NCBI GenBank assembly: GCA_021287085.1
Contig: JAJTBC010000045.1
Span: forward strand, 1-47,247
Reading direction: 5' to 3'
DNA: 47,247 nucleotides
Source: Bacillota bacterium
GTDB taxonomy: Bacteria > Acidobacteriota > Holophagae > Holophagales > Holophagaceae
A model generated the notes under the pieces. That model was given only the letters and a program-made list of their open reading frames with translations. It was not told where the DNA came from and ran no database searches. The translations under genes and the position numbers were made by a program. Every line of letters starts with the position of its first letter. Position 1 is the first letter of the stretch. Shown here one piece after another: positions 24,260 to 32,957 of this stretch.

Positions 24260-24922
24260 CTATTTTACTTCCATCAAGGCCAAAAGGATCTCCCGCAAGG
24301 CGGGAACATCGGGGGCGTACGCCACGGGCCTGAACACCTCCAGGGCCTCCCGGTCATAGAAGCCGTGGCCCACGGCGATGCCGGGCACCCCGGCGCGGTT
24401 GGCCATTTCCAGGTCGAAGGGGGTGTCGCCCACCATGACGGCCTGGCTGGGTTCCAGGCCGTGGGCCTTGAGGCAAAGCCGGAGGCTTTCCGGGTGGGGC
24501 TTGCCGTGGGTCACCTCGTCGGGGGTGACGAAGGGATCGAAGCAGGCGGTCCAGCCGAAGGCTTCCACTTGCCGTTTGAGCGGCAGCCCCCGCTTGGACG
24601 AAGCGATGGCCATGGGCATCCCCAGGCCATGCAGTTCCTTCACCAGGGCATCCATGCCAGGGAAGGGCACCAATAAGTGTTCATGACCGGGCCAGTCGAA
24701 ACTGCGGTAGGCCTTCAGCACCTGGTCGGGGTCCAGGTTCAGGGGCTCGAAGGTGCGCTTCAGCCCCTCTTCCACCGGCAATCCCACGTACTTGAGCCAT
24801 TCCTCCCGAATCCCGGGCAGGTTGGACAGGCCCAAGGTGCCGAGGGCGTGTTCCATGCCCGCCACGATCAAGGCCCGGCTATCCGCCAGCGTGCCATCGA
24901 AATCCCAGACGATCAGTTTCAC
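24260..24922 (-). CDS. HAD-superfamily hydrolase (phosphoglycolate-phosphatase-like)
   Basis: 'KLIVWDFDGTLADS' is the DxDGT motif I, and 'GDTPFDLEMANRAG' is motif IV. I prefer the GTG at 24922, which has GGGAGG 5 nt upstream. The ATG at 24943 has no Shine-Dalgarno. Confidence 0.85.
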   Translation of the reverse strand: MKLIVWDFDGTLADSRALIVAGMEHALGTLGLSNLPGIREEWLKYVGLPVEEGLKRTFEPLNLDPDQVLKAYRSFDWPGHEHLLVPFPGMDALVKELHGLGMPMAIASSKRGLPLKRQVEAFGWTACFDPFVTPDEVTHGKPHPESLRLCLKAHGLEPSQAVMVGDTPFDLEMANRAGVPGIAVGHGFYDREALEVFRPVAYAPDVPALREILLALMEVK

Positions 24923-24955
24923 CGCAACCTCCCGCTCCAGCATCGCACGGCGCTT

Positions 24956-26236
24956 TCAGCTTTCCATCTCCGTCCCGAACACCCCTTCCCACTTGGCGAT
25001 GACCACGCTGGCGAGGCCGTTGCCGATGACGTTGATGGTGGTGCGGGCCATGTCCATGATTTCGTCCACGGCCAGCAGCATGGCGATGCCCGCTTCGCCG
25101 GGCAGGCCGAAGCTGGTGCTGGTGGCGGCGATGATGACCAGGGTGGCGCGGGGCACGCCCGCCACGCCCTTGCTGGTGAGCATGAAGGTGAAGACCATCA
25201 TGAGCTGGTGGCCGAAGCTCATGGAAATGCCTGCGGCCTGGGCGATGGTGAGGCTGGCCAGCACCAGATAGAGGGTGCTGCCGTCGAGGTTGAAGCTGTA
25301 GCCCGTGGGGATCACGAAGCTGGCCACCCGGCGGGGCACGCCGAAGCTCACCACCTCTTCCAGCAGGCGGGGCAGGGCCGCTTCGCTGGAAGCGGTGGAA
25401 TAGGCCGTGATGGCGGGTTCCTTGATGGCCTTGAGGAAGGAGAACACCTTCACGCCGCAGAGCCACATCACGGGCACGAACACCACCACGAACAGCGCCA
25501 GGAGCGCGAAGTAGAGGCTGCCCACCAGCACCGAATAGCGTTTGAGCAATTGCAGCACGGCTGCCCAGCCTTCCAGATGCACGCCGTTCACCGTGTGGCC
25601 TGCCGCCATGGAGCTGACGTTGTAGGCCATGGCGCCGAACACGCCCAGGGGCGTGAGCTTCATCACCATGTCCGTGTACTTGAACATGGTCTGGGCCACG
25701 CCTTCGAAAAAGGCCAGCACCGGCTGGCCCCGCTCGCCCACCCGCGTGAGGGCGATGCCGAAGAGGCTGGCGAACACCACCACCGGCAGGATGTCGGCCT
25801 CCGCCGCATGATGGATCAGGTTCGACGGAAAGAGGTGCATGGCGATGTCCCAGCCGCTGCGGGCCTGCACCGCCACGGGCGCATGGGCCGAAAGATCCAG
25901 CGGCAGGCCCGCGCCGGGCTTCAGCCAATGGGCGATGCCCAGCCCCAGGAACAAGGCCACGGTGGTGACGATCTCGAAGTAGAGCAGGGCCTTGCCACCC
26001 ATGCGCCCCACGGCCTTGATATCGCCGGTCTGTGCGATGCCCACCACGATGGTGGAAAAGAGCAGCGGCACGATGAGCCCTTTGATCAGCGCGATGAAGG
26101 CGCGGGAAAGGAAGCGGAAGAGGTTGTAGGCCTGGGGGAACTCGTCCTTGGGCAGAAAGCCGCCCAGAATCACGCCGAGGATCAGCCCGACGAAGATCCA
26201 GAAGGTGCTCGAACGATAGAAAGGCTTTCGCGTCAT
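24956..26236 (-). CDS. Dicarboxylate/amino acid:cation symporter (GltP/DctA family)
   Basis: The 426-aa polytopic ORF has family-typical segments: 'FLSRAFIALIKGLIVPLLFSTIVVGIA', 'STASSEAALP', 'IPTGYSFNLDGSTLY' and 'AVDEIMDMARTTINV'. Confidence 0.88.
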   Translation of the reverse strand: MTRKPFYRSSTFWIFVGLILGVILGGFLPKDEFPQAYNLFRFLSRAFIALIKGLIVPLLFSTIVVGIAQTGDIKAVGRMGGKALLYFEIVTTVALFLGLGIAHWLKPGAGLPLDLSAHAPVAVQARSGWDIAMHLFPSNLIHHAAEADILPVVVFASLFGIALTRVGERGQPVLAFFEGVAQTMFKYTDMVMKLTPLGVFGAMAYNVSSMAAGHTVNGVHLEGWAAVLQLLKRYSVLVGSLYFALLALFVVVFVPVMWLCGVKVFSFLKAIKEPAITAYSTASSEAALPRLLEEVVSFGVPRRVASFVIPTGYSFNLDGSTLYLVLASLTIAQAAGISMSFGHQLMMVFTFMLTSKGVAGVPRATLVIIAATSTSFGLPGEAGIAMLLAVDEIMDMARTTINVIGNGLASVVIAKWEGVFGTEMES

Positions 26237-26250
26237 GGGAAGTCCGGGAA

Positions 26251-26268
26251 AGAGCCAGTGTAGGCTCT
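26251..26268. repeat. Inverted repeat AGAGCC-N6-GGCTCT in the divergent promoter region
   Basis: Read directly from the sequence. It lies between the symporter start (26236) and the ABC operon start (26325). Any operator role is speculative. Confidence 0.35.
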
Positions 26269-26324
26269 CCCCGATAAACTGAACCAGCCACAGTGCGTAT
26301 CCGCTTCATTCAGGAGAATTCCCC

Positions 26325-27239
26325 TTGATTTCATTCCATGATCTGGAAGTTCGCTACGGCCCCACCGTGGCCCTGGACCATCTCAGCCTCGAACTCACCG
26401 ATGGGGTGGTGGGCCTGCTGGGGCCCAACGGTTCGGGCAAATCCACGCTGCTGAAAACCCTGCTGGGATTGCTGAAGCCCGCCAAGGGCGAGGGCCAGGT
26501 GCTGGGTGTGGCGCTGAACAGCCCCGAAGCGGCCCACCTCCGGGCGCGCATCGGCTACATGCCCGAGTACGACGCCCTCATCGAGGATGTGAGTGCTTAC
26601 GATCAGGTGGCCTTCTGGGGCGAACTGTCAGGCTTGGATGCAGCCTCGGCCCGGGATCGCGCCCACGAGGTGCTGTACTTCGTGGGGCTGGACGAAGCCC
26701 GCTACCGCCACGTTTCCGGCTACTCCACGGGCATGCGCCAGCGGGTGAAGCTGGCCCAGGCCCTGGTGCATTCGCCGGAGCTGGTCTTTCTGGATGAACC
26801 CACCAACGGCCTTGACCCCGACGGCCGCAGGCGCATGCTGGCGCTGGTGATGCGGGTGCGCACGGAGCTGGGCACTGGCGTGATTTTGGCGAGTCATCTC
26901 TTGGAGGATGTGGAGCGCTGCGCCGATCAATTGGTGATTCTCGATCAAGGCCGCCTCAAGGCCGCCGGCTCCATGGCCAGCCTGCGCCGGATGCTGGCCA
27001 AGCGCTTCGAGCTGCGCTTCCTGGATCCGTTGAACGAAACGCAACGCGCCCAACTGGAAACCCTGGGCCAGGTGCGGGCCGAGCATCAGGGGCTCTTCGA
27101 TCTGGAGCTGCACGATGCCGATCCGCGCAAGCCCTTCCAGTGGGCCGAATCCGTGGGCGCGGTGCTGGTGCAGCTCACGCCCCGCCACGACCGCCTGGAC
27201 GAAGTGCTGATCCGCGCCTTGCACGAAGGGAGCCACTGA
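26325..27239 (+). CDS. ABC transporter ATP-binding protein (ABC-2/DrrA-like)
   Basis: TTG start lies 8 nt after AGGAG. Walker A 'GPNGSGKST', signature 'YSTGMRQRV' and Walker B 'LVFLDEP' are present. Confidence 0.9.
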   Translation: MISFHDLEVRYGPTVALDHLSLELTDGVVGLLGPNGSGKSTLLKTLLGLLKPAKGEGQVLGVALNSPEAAHLRARIGYMPEYDALIEDVSAYDQVAFWGELSGLDAASARDRAHEVLYFVGLDEARYRHVSGYSTGMRQRVKLAQALVHSPELVFLDEPTNGLDPDGRRRMLALVMRVRTELGTGVILASHLLEDVERCADQLVILDQGRLKAAGSMASLRRMLAKRFELRFLDPLNETQRAQLETLGQVRAEHQGLFDLELHDADPRKPFQWAESVGAVLVQLTPRHDRLDEVLIRALHEGSH

Positions 27240-27240
27240 G

Positions 27241-28110
27241 ATGCCCATCTACGCGCCCACCCTTCCGCCTCGGCCCGAGGTAAGCCAGGGGCTTCCGCCT
27301 GCTCTCGTCATCGCCCGCTTCGATCTGCGCCGGGTGCTCAAGCAACGCATCGGCCGCTTTTTCGGTTTCATGTTCGTGGGCAGCCTGCTGGTGCAGCTCG
27401 GCATCCTCTACGTGCGGTTCCTGATCCAGCATCAGCGCGGCTTCGAGGGCATCCGCGATTTCGCCAAGGAGATCCTCACCCAAGGCCCCGAGTTCCATGC
27501 GGGACTCCTCACCATGAACGGTTGGCTCACCACCCTGCTGTGGTTCCAGGTGGCCCTGGTGGGCGGCGGCCTCATCGCGCGAGATACGCTCTACCGCATC
27601 CGGCCGCTGATGTATGCCCATCCGGTGCGGCCCAGAGACTACCTGGCCGCCAAGGGGCTGTTTGGCGTGGGGCTGCCCTTTTTCATCCTGCTGCCCTTCG
27701 CCCTGCTGCCTTGGGCCATGTCGCTGCTCATCGCGGGCGTGAACGGCCCTGTCTCGCCCTATGCGCCGCTGTACCTGGTGCCTGCGGCCCTTTGCATGGC
27801 CCTGGTCATGGGTGCCGTGACCCTGGGCGCGTCGAGCCTTGCGTCCTCGCCCAGGGCCGGGTTCGGCTGGGTGCTGGGCATCTACCTCAGCACCAACGCC
27901 ATCGGCGGCATTCTCAGCGCGGCGCTGAAGCAGGATTTCTGGATGGCCATGAGCCCTCAGGCCCTGGTGCAGGCATGGCCCGCGCTCCTTTCGGGCGTGC
28001 CCAATCCCATCCTGGGCTGGGCCGCCACCCTCGTGGGAACGGCCCTTCACGTGACGCTTTGGATCCTCGTGGCCGCGCGCCGCAGTCGCCCTTCGGAGGC
28101 CGTGCTATGA
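27241..28110 (+). CDS. ABC-2-type transporter permease (uncharacterised)
   Basis: The 289-aa ORF has ~6 TM helices. The ATG lies 1 nt after the ATPase stop. Confidence 0.7.
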   Translation: MPIYAPTLPPRPEVSQGLPPALVIARFDLRRVLKQRIGRFFGFMFVGSLLVQLGILYVRFLIQHQRGFEGIRDFAKEILTQGPEFHAGLLTMNGWLTTLLWFQVALVGGGLIARDTLYRIRPLMYAHPVRPRDYLAAKGLFGVGLPFFILLPFALLPWAMSLLIAGVNGPVSPYAPLYLVPAALCMALVMGAVTLGASSLASSPRAGFGWVLGIYLSTNAIGGILSAALKQDFWMAMSPQALVQAWPALLSGVPNPILGWAATLVGTALHVTLWILVAARRSRPSEAVL

Positions 28111-29039
28111 CCGCCACCATCCTGCTTGAACGGGCCTCGCTGCGCTACGGCGATATCCTCGGCCTTTCGCCTACTTCCTTCGAGCTGCCCAGCGGCGGCG
28201 GCATCACGGGCCTGCTGGGCCCCAACGGCGCGGGCAAATCCACCCTCATCCAGCTGCTTTCGGGCCTGCTGCCGCCCTCCGGCGGTGAGGTGAAGGTTTT
28301 CGGGGAAGCCCCTTTCCGCCATCCCTCGGTGCTGGCTCGCATCGGCCTCGTGCCCGAAGGGGACCGTTTCCCTACGGGCCTGTGGGGCCATCGCTGGCTG
28401 CGGATGATGGGCGAATTGTCGGGCTTGTCGGGCACGGAATTGAACGTCGCCATGGAAAAATCGCTGAAGGCCGTGGGCATGGAGGTGAATGGCCGCAAGC
28501 TGTTCTCCGAGATGTCGAAGGGCATGCGCCAGCGCATGAGGCTGGCCCAGGCGCTGCTCCACGACCCGGAGCTGCTGATCCTGGACGAGCCTTTCAATGG
28601 CATGGACCCGGAATCGCGCCTGCAGCTCATGGAGATGCTGCGGGGCATGGCAGCCCAAGGGAAGCGCATCCTGGTATCGAGCCATATCCTGGGCGAAGTG
28701 GCCCAGCTCACGGACCGCATCCTGCTGCTGTTCCGGGGCCGTCTGCTGGCGGAAGGCAGCGTGGTGGAGATCCGCGAACTGCTGGATCGGCATCCCGTGG
28801 AATTGCGCCTGAGCGCCGATTCCGCCCAGGCCGTGGCGCGCTGGGCCGTGGAGCACGAGGAGCTGGTGGCCCTGCGCATGGAAGACGGCGCGGCGGTGCT
28901 GGCGGTGCGCAATCCCCGTTCCTTCCTGCCCAAGCTCCAGGCCGCCGTGAATCGCGGCGAACTGGCCCTGGGCAGCCTCGATCCCCTGGATCTCAACCTG
29001 GACGCGGTGTTCCAGTTCCTCACCCAAGACCACGCCTAG
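28107..29039 (+). CDS. ABC transporter ATP-binding protein (second copy)
   Basis: The ATG at 28107 overlaps the upstream stop (ATGA). Walker A 'GPNGAGKST', signature 'MSKGMRQRM' and Walker B 'LLILDEP' are present. The upstream part of the track ORF 27522-29039 is a shadow frame. Confidence 0.9.
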   Translation: MTATILLERASLRYGDILGLSPTSFELPSGGGITGLLGPNGAGKSTLIQLLSGLLPPSGGEVKVFGEAPFRHPSVLARIGLVPEGDRFPTGLWGHRWLRMMGELSGLSGTELNVAMEKSLKAVGMEVNGRKLFSEMSKGMRQRMRLAQALLHDPELLILDEPFNGMDPESRLQLMEMLRGMAAQGKRILVSSHILGEVAQLTDRILLLFRGRLLAEGSVVEIRELLDRHPVELRLSADSAQAVARWAVEHEELVALRMEDGAAVLAVRNPRSFLPKLQAAVNRGELALGSLDPLDLNLDAVFQFLTQDHA

Positions 29040-29050
29040 GAGCTTGTTCG

Positions 29051-29848
29051 ATGATCGCCCCTCCTTCTCCTTTCCGTGTTGTCACCGCCCTCGTGCGCGG
29101 CTACGCGCCCCGTGTGCTGCAAGTGCGCGGCTGGGTATGTGCCGCGCTGTTTGTGCTGCCCGTAGTGATCAGCTACGGCATCATGGCCCTCCTGCGCTTC
29201 AAGGCGCCCCATTTCCAGGGCTCCCACGACGAGCAGATGGTGTTGAAACTCTTCCACCAGATCCTGGCCCAGCTCGCCATGCCCATTCTCGTGCTGGTGG
29301 CCGCGCCCGCAGGCATTCGCGAAGACCTGGAACAGCGCACCCTGCCCCTGGTGCTATCCCGCCCCGTGCCCGTATGGATGCTGCCTTTCAGCAAAGGTTT
29401 GCTGTGGTTCGGCTGGGGCGCGGTGTGGATCATCGTGGCCGTCACGGCCTTGTTGGGCTTGGGCCTCGATACCGCCGATCTGCCGCTGATGATCCTCGGC
29501 CTGCTGCTGATCTATTGGGCGGAGCTGGGCTTCATGACCTTCATGGGCCTCATCTTCAAGCGCGGAACCCTTTGGGGCGCGTTGGTGCTGCTGCTATGGG
29601 ATCCCCTGGTGCGCATCTTCCCTGGTCGATTGCAGCGCTTCACCTTCATCCATTACCTCGAAAACATCGTGGGCAGTCGAGGCAGCAGCGGCGGCGTCTC
29701 GCAGCTCCTGGCCCAGACCCAGATCAGTACGCTCTGGCCCATCGCGGCGCTGGTGCTGTTGCTCTTCGGCCTGCTTTGCTGGGCCGCTGCCGGATGGAAA
29801 CTGCACCACACGCCCATCGGCCTCGCAGGAGCCGACGCCGAAGGGTGA
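29051..29848 (+). CDS. ABC-2-type transporter permease (second copy, uncharacterised)
   Basis: The ATG at 29051 is in frame with track ORF 28382-29848. The 265-aa ORF has ~6 TM helices. Confidence 0.7.
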   Translation: MIAPPSPFRVVTALVRGYAPRVLQVRGWVCAALFVLPVVISYGIMALLRFKAPHFQGSHDEQMVLKLFHQILAQLAMPILVLVAAPAGIREDLEQRTLPLVLSRPVPVWMLPFSKGLLWFGWGAVWIIVAVTALLGLGLDTADLPLMILGLLLIYWAELGFMTFMGLIFKRGTLWGALVLLLWDPLVRIFPGRLQRFTFIHYLENIVGSRGSSGGVSQLLAQTQISTLWPIAALVLLLFGLLCWAAAGWKLHHTPIGLAGADAEG

Positions 29849-29896
29849 TTCAGGCACCCGCTCCGCAAGCTCCATCGCAGGCCGCGGAATCTACCC

Positions 29897-29925
29897 TTGA
29901 CCCAAGCCTGCGACTCCCCTAGACT
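29897..29925 (+). promoter_or_regulatory. Sigma-70-type promoter for tRNA-Pro
   Basis: TTGACC (29897-29902), a 17-bp spacer, then TAGACT (29920-29925). The -10 element ends 10 nt upstream of the tRNA 5' end. Confidence 0.6.
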
Positions 29926-29935
29926 CAAATGCTCA

Positions 29936-30012
<77 letters not shown>

Positions 30013-30016
30013 AAAA

Positions 30017-30047
30017 GGGGCACTCAACGAGTGCCCCTTCACTTTTT
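30017..30047 (+). terminator. Intrinsic terminator after tRNA-Pro
   Basis: GGGGCAC-TCAACGA-GTGCCCC hairpin followed by TTCACTTTTT. Confidence 0.75.
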
Positions 30048-30146
30048 CAGCGAGACGATTCGAGCTTCCGAATCGACGATGGCGCGCAGGTAGGGGCAGG
30101 GGAGGACGCATGCGTCCGAGCCGGTTCCGCGAAGCGGAAGGCCCAT

Positions 30147-30175
30147 GTACAACCTATGTACAAAACCCCGTACAA
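30147..30175. repeat. Three direct GTACAA repeats at 11-12 bp spacing
   Basis: GTACAA occurs at 30147-30152, 30158-30163 and 30170-30175; the first two copies are ATGTACAA. The repeats lie in a convergent intergenic region. Confidence 0.5.
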
Positions 30176-30223
30176 GATCCTCCGCTATTCCTCACATTCG
30201 GGAATCAGAGCTTCCAGCCGCTT

Positions 30224-31579
30224 CTATCGATAGTTCACATGGAACGTTTTGAAGCGCTCCACCACTTCGCGCATCTGGTGGGTGGGAGGCAGGATGGTGG
30301 TGCGGAAGTGGGCGGTGCCGGGCACTTGGCCGAAGCCGGTGCCGGGCACCACGCAGATGCCGGTGGCTTCGAGCAGAGAGAGGCAGTACTCGGCGTCGGT
30401 GCGGCCTTCGGGGATCTGGATGCGCGGGAAGGCGTACATGGCGCCGGCCACCACGTTGCATTGCACGCCGGGCACCTGGTTGAGGCCTTCGGCGAGGATC
30501 ACGGCGCGCTTCTTCATCTCGTTGAGGATGCCGTCGCGTTCCTGCACGTAGAGATCGTGGCTGGGCTCGCCGGGCTTGGGCGGGCGCACCATGCAGTACG
30601 TGGCCACCTGGCCCGTGAGGTTGGAGCAGAGGCTCACGGATTGCAGCTTGGTGATCTGGGCCACCACGTCGGCGGGAATGTTGCGGATCTCCATGTAGCC
30701 GCCGCGCTGGCCGCATTCGCCCAGGAAGCCCTTGGAGCAGGAATGGAAGCTGAAGAGGCTCACGTCCTTCTCGTGCTTCTCGTGCATGACCTTGGCGAAG
30801 CTGGTGAACTTGTCGCCGGGCAGGTACACGTTCTCCTGATAGACCTCATCGGCCAGGATCGCCAGGTTGTGGGCCTTGGCGAAGTCGATGACCATGGCGA
30901 TGTTGTCGTGATCCAGCAGGTTGCCCGTGGGGTTGCCCGGGTTGATGACGCAGATGGCCTTCACCTTCACGCCGTACCGCTTGGCTTCCTGCAGGCTCAT
31001 TTCCAGCATGGCCTTACTGAGCTTCCAGTTGTGCTGCTCGTCGAGGTAGTAGTTCACCTGCTTGCCTTCGTACAGCGTGATGGTGGCGCTGTAGAGCGGG
31101 TACTGGGGGATGGGGATCATGATGCCGTCGCTGGGATCGGAGATCAGGATGCGCAGCGCCGTCTGCACGCCCTTGCTGGCGCCGTCGGTGAGGTAGATGG
31201 CTTCGGGATCGGTGGGAATGCCATCGCGCTCGTGGATGAACTGCGCCACGGCCTCGCGGATGAAGCGGATGCCCTTGCTTTCGGAGTAGGCGCCCAGGCC
31301 GTGCCTGGAGCCTTTGAGGAGCGCCTTGGCCGTCTCCAGCACGTCGCTGGGGAAGAGGTTCGCCGCCTGCTCGAGGAGGGCCGGATACTGGGCCAGGGCC
31401 AGCACCTGCCGCAGGTACGTGATGGGCTTCTGTTCGAGGGCCTGGGGATTGCCGATGTTGCAGTAGATGATCTCGCGGCCTTCGCGCTCCAGTTCCTGCG
31501 CCCGGGCCACGATGGGACCGCGCACGGCGTATTCCGTTTCCAGCACTGCCCGGCCCAGATCCTTGAGTTGAATGGTCAT
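30224..31579 (-). CDS. PLP-dependent aminotransferase class I/II, alanine-aminotransferase-like
   Basis: The 451-aa ORF has 'YAVRGPIV.RAQELE', 'NIGNPQALEQKPITYLRQV' and a PLP-lysine region 'SFHSCSKGFLGECGQRGGY', typical of ALT-type enzymes. AGGGGGA Shine-Dalgarno upstream. Confidence 0.85.
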   Translation of the reverse strand: MTIQLKDLGRAVLETEYAVRGPIVARAQELEREGREIIYCNIGNPQALEQKPITYLRQVLALAQYPALLEQAANLFPSDVLETAKALLKGSRHGLGAYSESKGIRFIREAVAQFIHERDGIPTDPEAIYLTDGASKGVQTALRILISDPSDGIMIPIPQYPLYSATITLYEGKQVNYYLDEQHNWKLSKAMLEMSLQEAKRYGVKVKAICVINPGNPTGNLLDHDNIAMVIDFAKAHNLAILADEVYQENVYLPGDKFTSFAKVMHEKHEKDVSLFSFHSCSKGFLGECGQRGGYMEIRNIPADVVAQITKLQSVSLCSNLTGQVATYCMVRPPKPGEPSHDLYVQERDGILNEMKKRAVILAEGLNQVPGVQCNVVAGAMYAFPRIQIPEGRTDAEYCLSLLEATGICVVPGTGFGQVPGTAHFRTTILPPTHQMREVVERFKTFHVNYR

Positions 31580-31673
31580 CGCGTCCCCCTGAAGTGGTCA
31601 GTTCGCATGAAATTCCATGGTGTCAGGAAGGACGAAAGCTCTTCAACGGAAAGCGGTGTGACGAGAGGCACCC

Positions 31674-32957
31674 TTGTCGCGCTACGCTCGAAGGATGCCT
31701 ACGGAAAGTCGTCGCCGCGTCGCTCTTGCCCTCTCCGGAGTGTTCGGGCGGTCGTACCGGGTGGCGGAAACCTGGGACGAAGGCCTGAGCGCCGAGGATG
31801 CGGCCCTGGCCCAGGCCCTGCTGGGCTTGTGTCTCCGCCACTGGGGAAGGCTCCACGCCTGGATTCTTCCGCGCTTGAAGAATCCCCAGCGCGGCATTCC
31901 CCTGGGCAGCCATCTCGCGCTGAGCATGGGCTTGGCGCAACTGGCGTGGATGTCCGGCGTGTCCACCCACGCCGCCGTGCATGAATCCGTGGAATTGGCC
32001 GCGGATCCGCGCCTGGGCTTTCCGCCCCACAAGGGCCTGGTGAACGCGCTGCTGCGCCAGGGCGCCAAGGACCGCGAAGCCTTGCGCCGGGAACTGGAAG
32101 CGCTGCCCGCCGCCCTGGATCGCACGCCCTTCGCCGAGGAGGTGCTCAAGGCCGCCGTGGCAGCAGAGCACATGGAGGCCCTGTGGGCGCGCCTTCAGCG
32201 GCCACCGCGCCCCTGTTTCCGCGCCTTGGACGATGGCCCTTGGCCTGAAGGTCTCGTGCCGGAACCCGCGCTGCCAGGGGCCTTGCGGCTGGAGCCGGGT
32301 GCGGCCTTTCCGCGTCCGTGGCTCATGGCGGGTCAGGGCATGGTGCAGGATCTCAGCTCCCAGGCACTCATGAGCTTTGCCTGGAACGCCACGCCCCGCC
32401 GCATTCTGGATGCCTGCGCGGCACCCGGCGGCAAGACCACAGCCCTATCGCGGCGCTGGCCCCAGGCGGAGCTGATGGCCCTGGAATCCGATGGCAAGCG
32501 GGCCGAGCGGCTCAAACAAAACCTCGCGGTGCGCCGCGTGAAGGCTCACGTGGAAAAAGCCGAAGCCATCGCGTGGCTGCGGGAAACGACTTCGACCTTC
32601 GATCTCATCCTGCTGGATGCGCCTTGTTCGGGCTCGGGCACCCTGGGCAAACACCCGGAATTGACTTGGCTGGGCGACGGTCTGGATCTGGAGCGGCTGA
32701 TTCGTCATCAGAGGGCCATGATCGAAGCGGCGTTGCCGCGTCTCGCGCCCGGTGGATTGCTGCTCTACGCCGTGTGTTCGTGGCTGCATGCAGAAGGCCG
32801 CCATCATTGGGACGATGTGCGCAAATCCCACCCTGAATTCCACTCGCCCGCCCTGTGGCCCCTGTTGTCCGATGCCACTTTCTTCCGCCCCGATCCACTG
32901 ACGTGGGAGGGCGAAGGATTCCAGGCCTTCGGCCTTTCTCGAACGGAGCAGCCATGA
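31674..32957 (+). CDS. rsmB: 16S rRNA (cytosine-C5)-methyltransferase RsmB/Sun family
   Basis: NusB-like N-terminal region. SAM and catalytic motifs 'LDACAAPGGKT' and 'ILLDAPCSGSGTLGKHPE' are present. TTG start at 31674 with GAGAGG upstream; ATG at 31695 is the alternative. Confidence 0.8.
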   Translation: MSRYARRMPTESRRRVALALSGVFGRSYRVAETWDEGLSAEDAALAQALLGLCLRHWGRLHAWILPRLKNPQRGIPLGSHLALSMGLAQLAWMSGVSTHAAVHESVELAADPRLGFPPHKGLVNALLRQGAKDREALRRELEALPAALDRTPFAEEVLKAAVAAEHMEALWARLQRPPRPCFRALDDGPWPEGLVPEPALPGALRLEPGAAFPRPWLMAGQGMVQDLSSQALMSFAWNATPRRILDACAAPGGKTTALSRRWPQAELMALESDGKRAERLKQNLAVRRVKAHVEKAEAIAWLRETTSTFDLILLDAPCSGSGTLGKHPELTWLGDGLDLERLIRHQRAMIEAALPRLAPGGLLLYAVCSWLHAEGRHHWDDVRKSHPEFHSPALWPLLSDATFFRPDPLTWEGEGFQAFGLSRTEQP

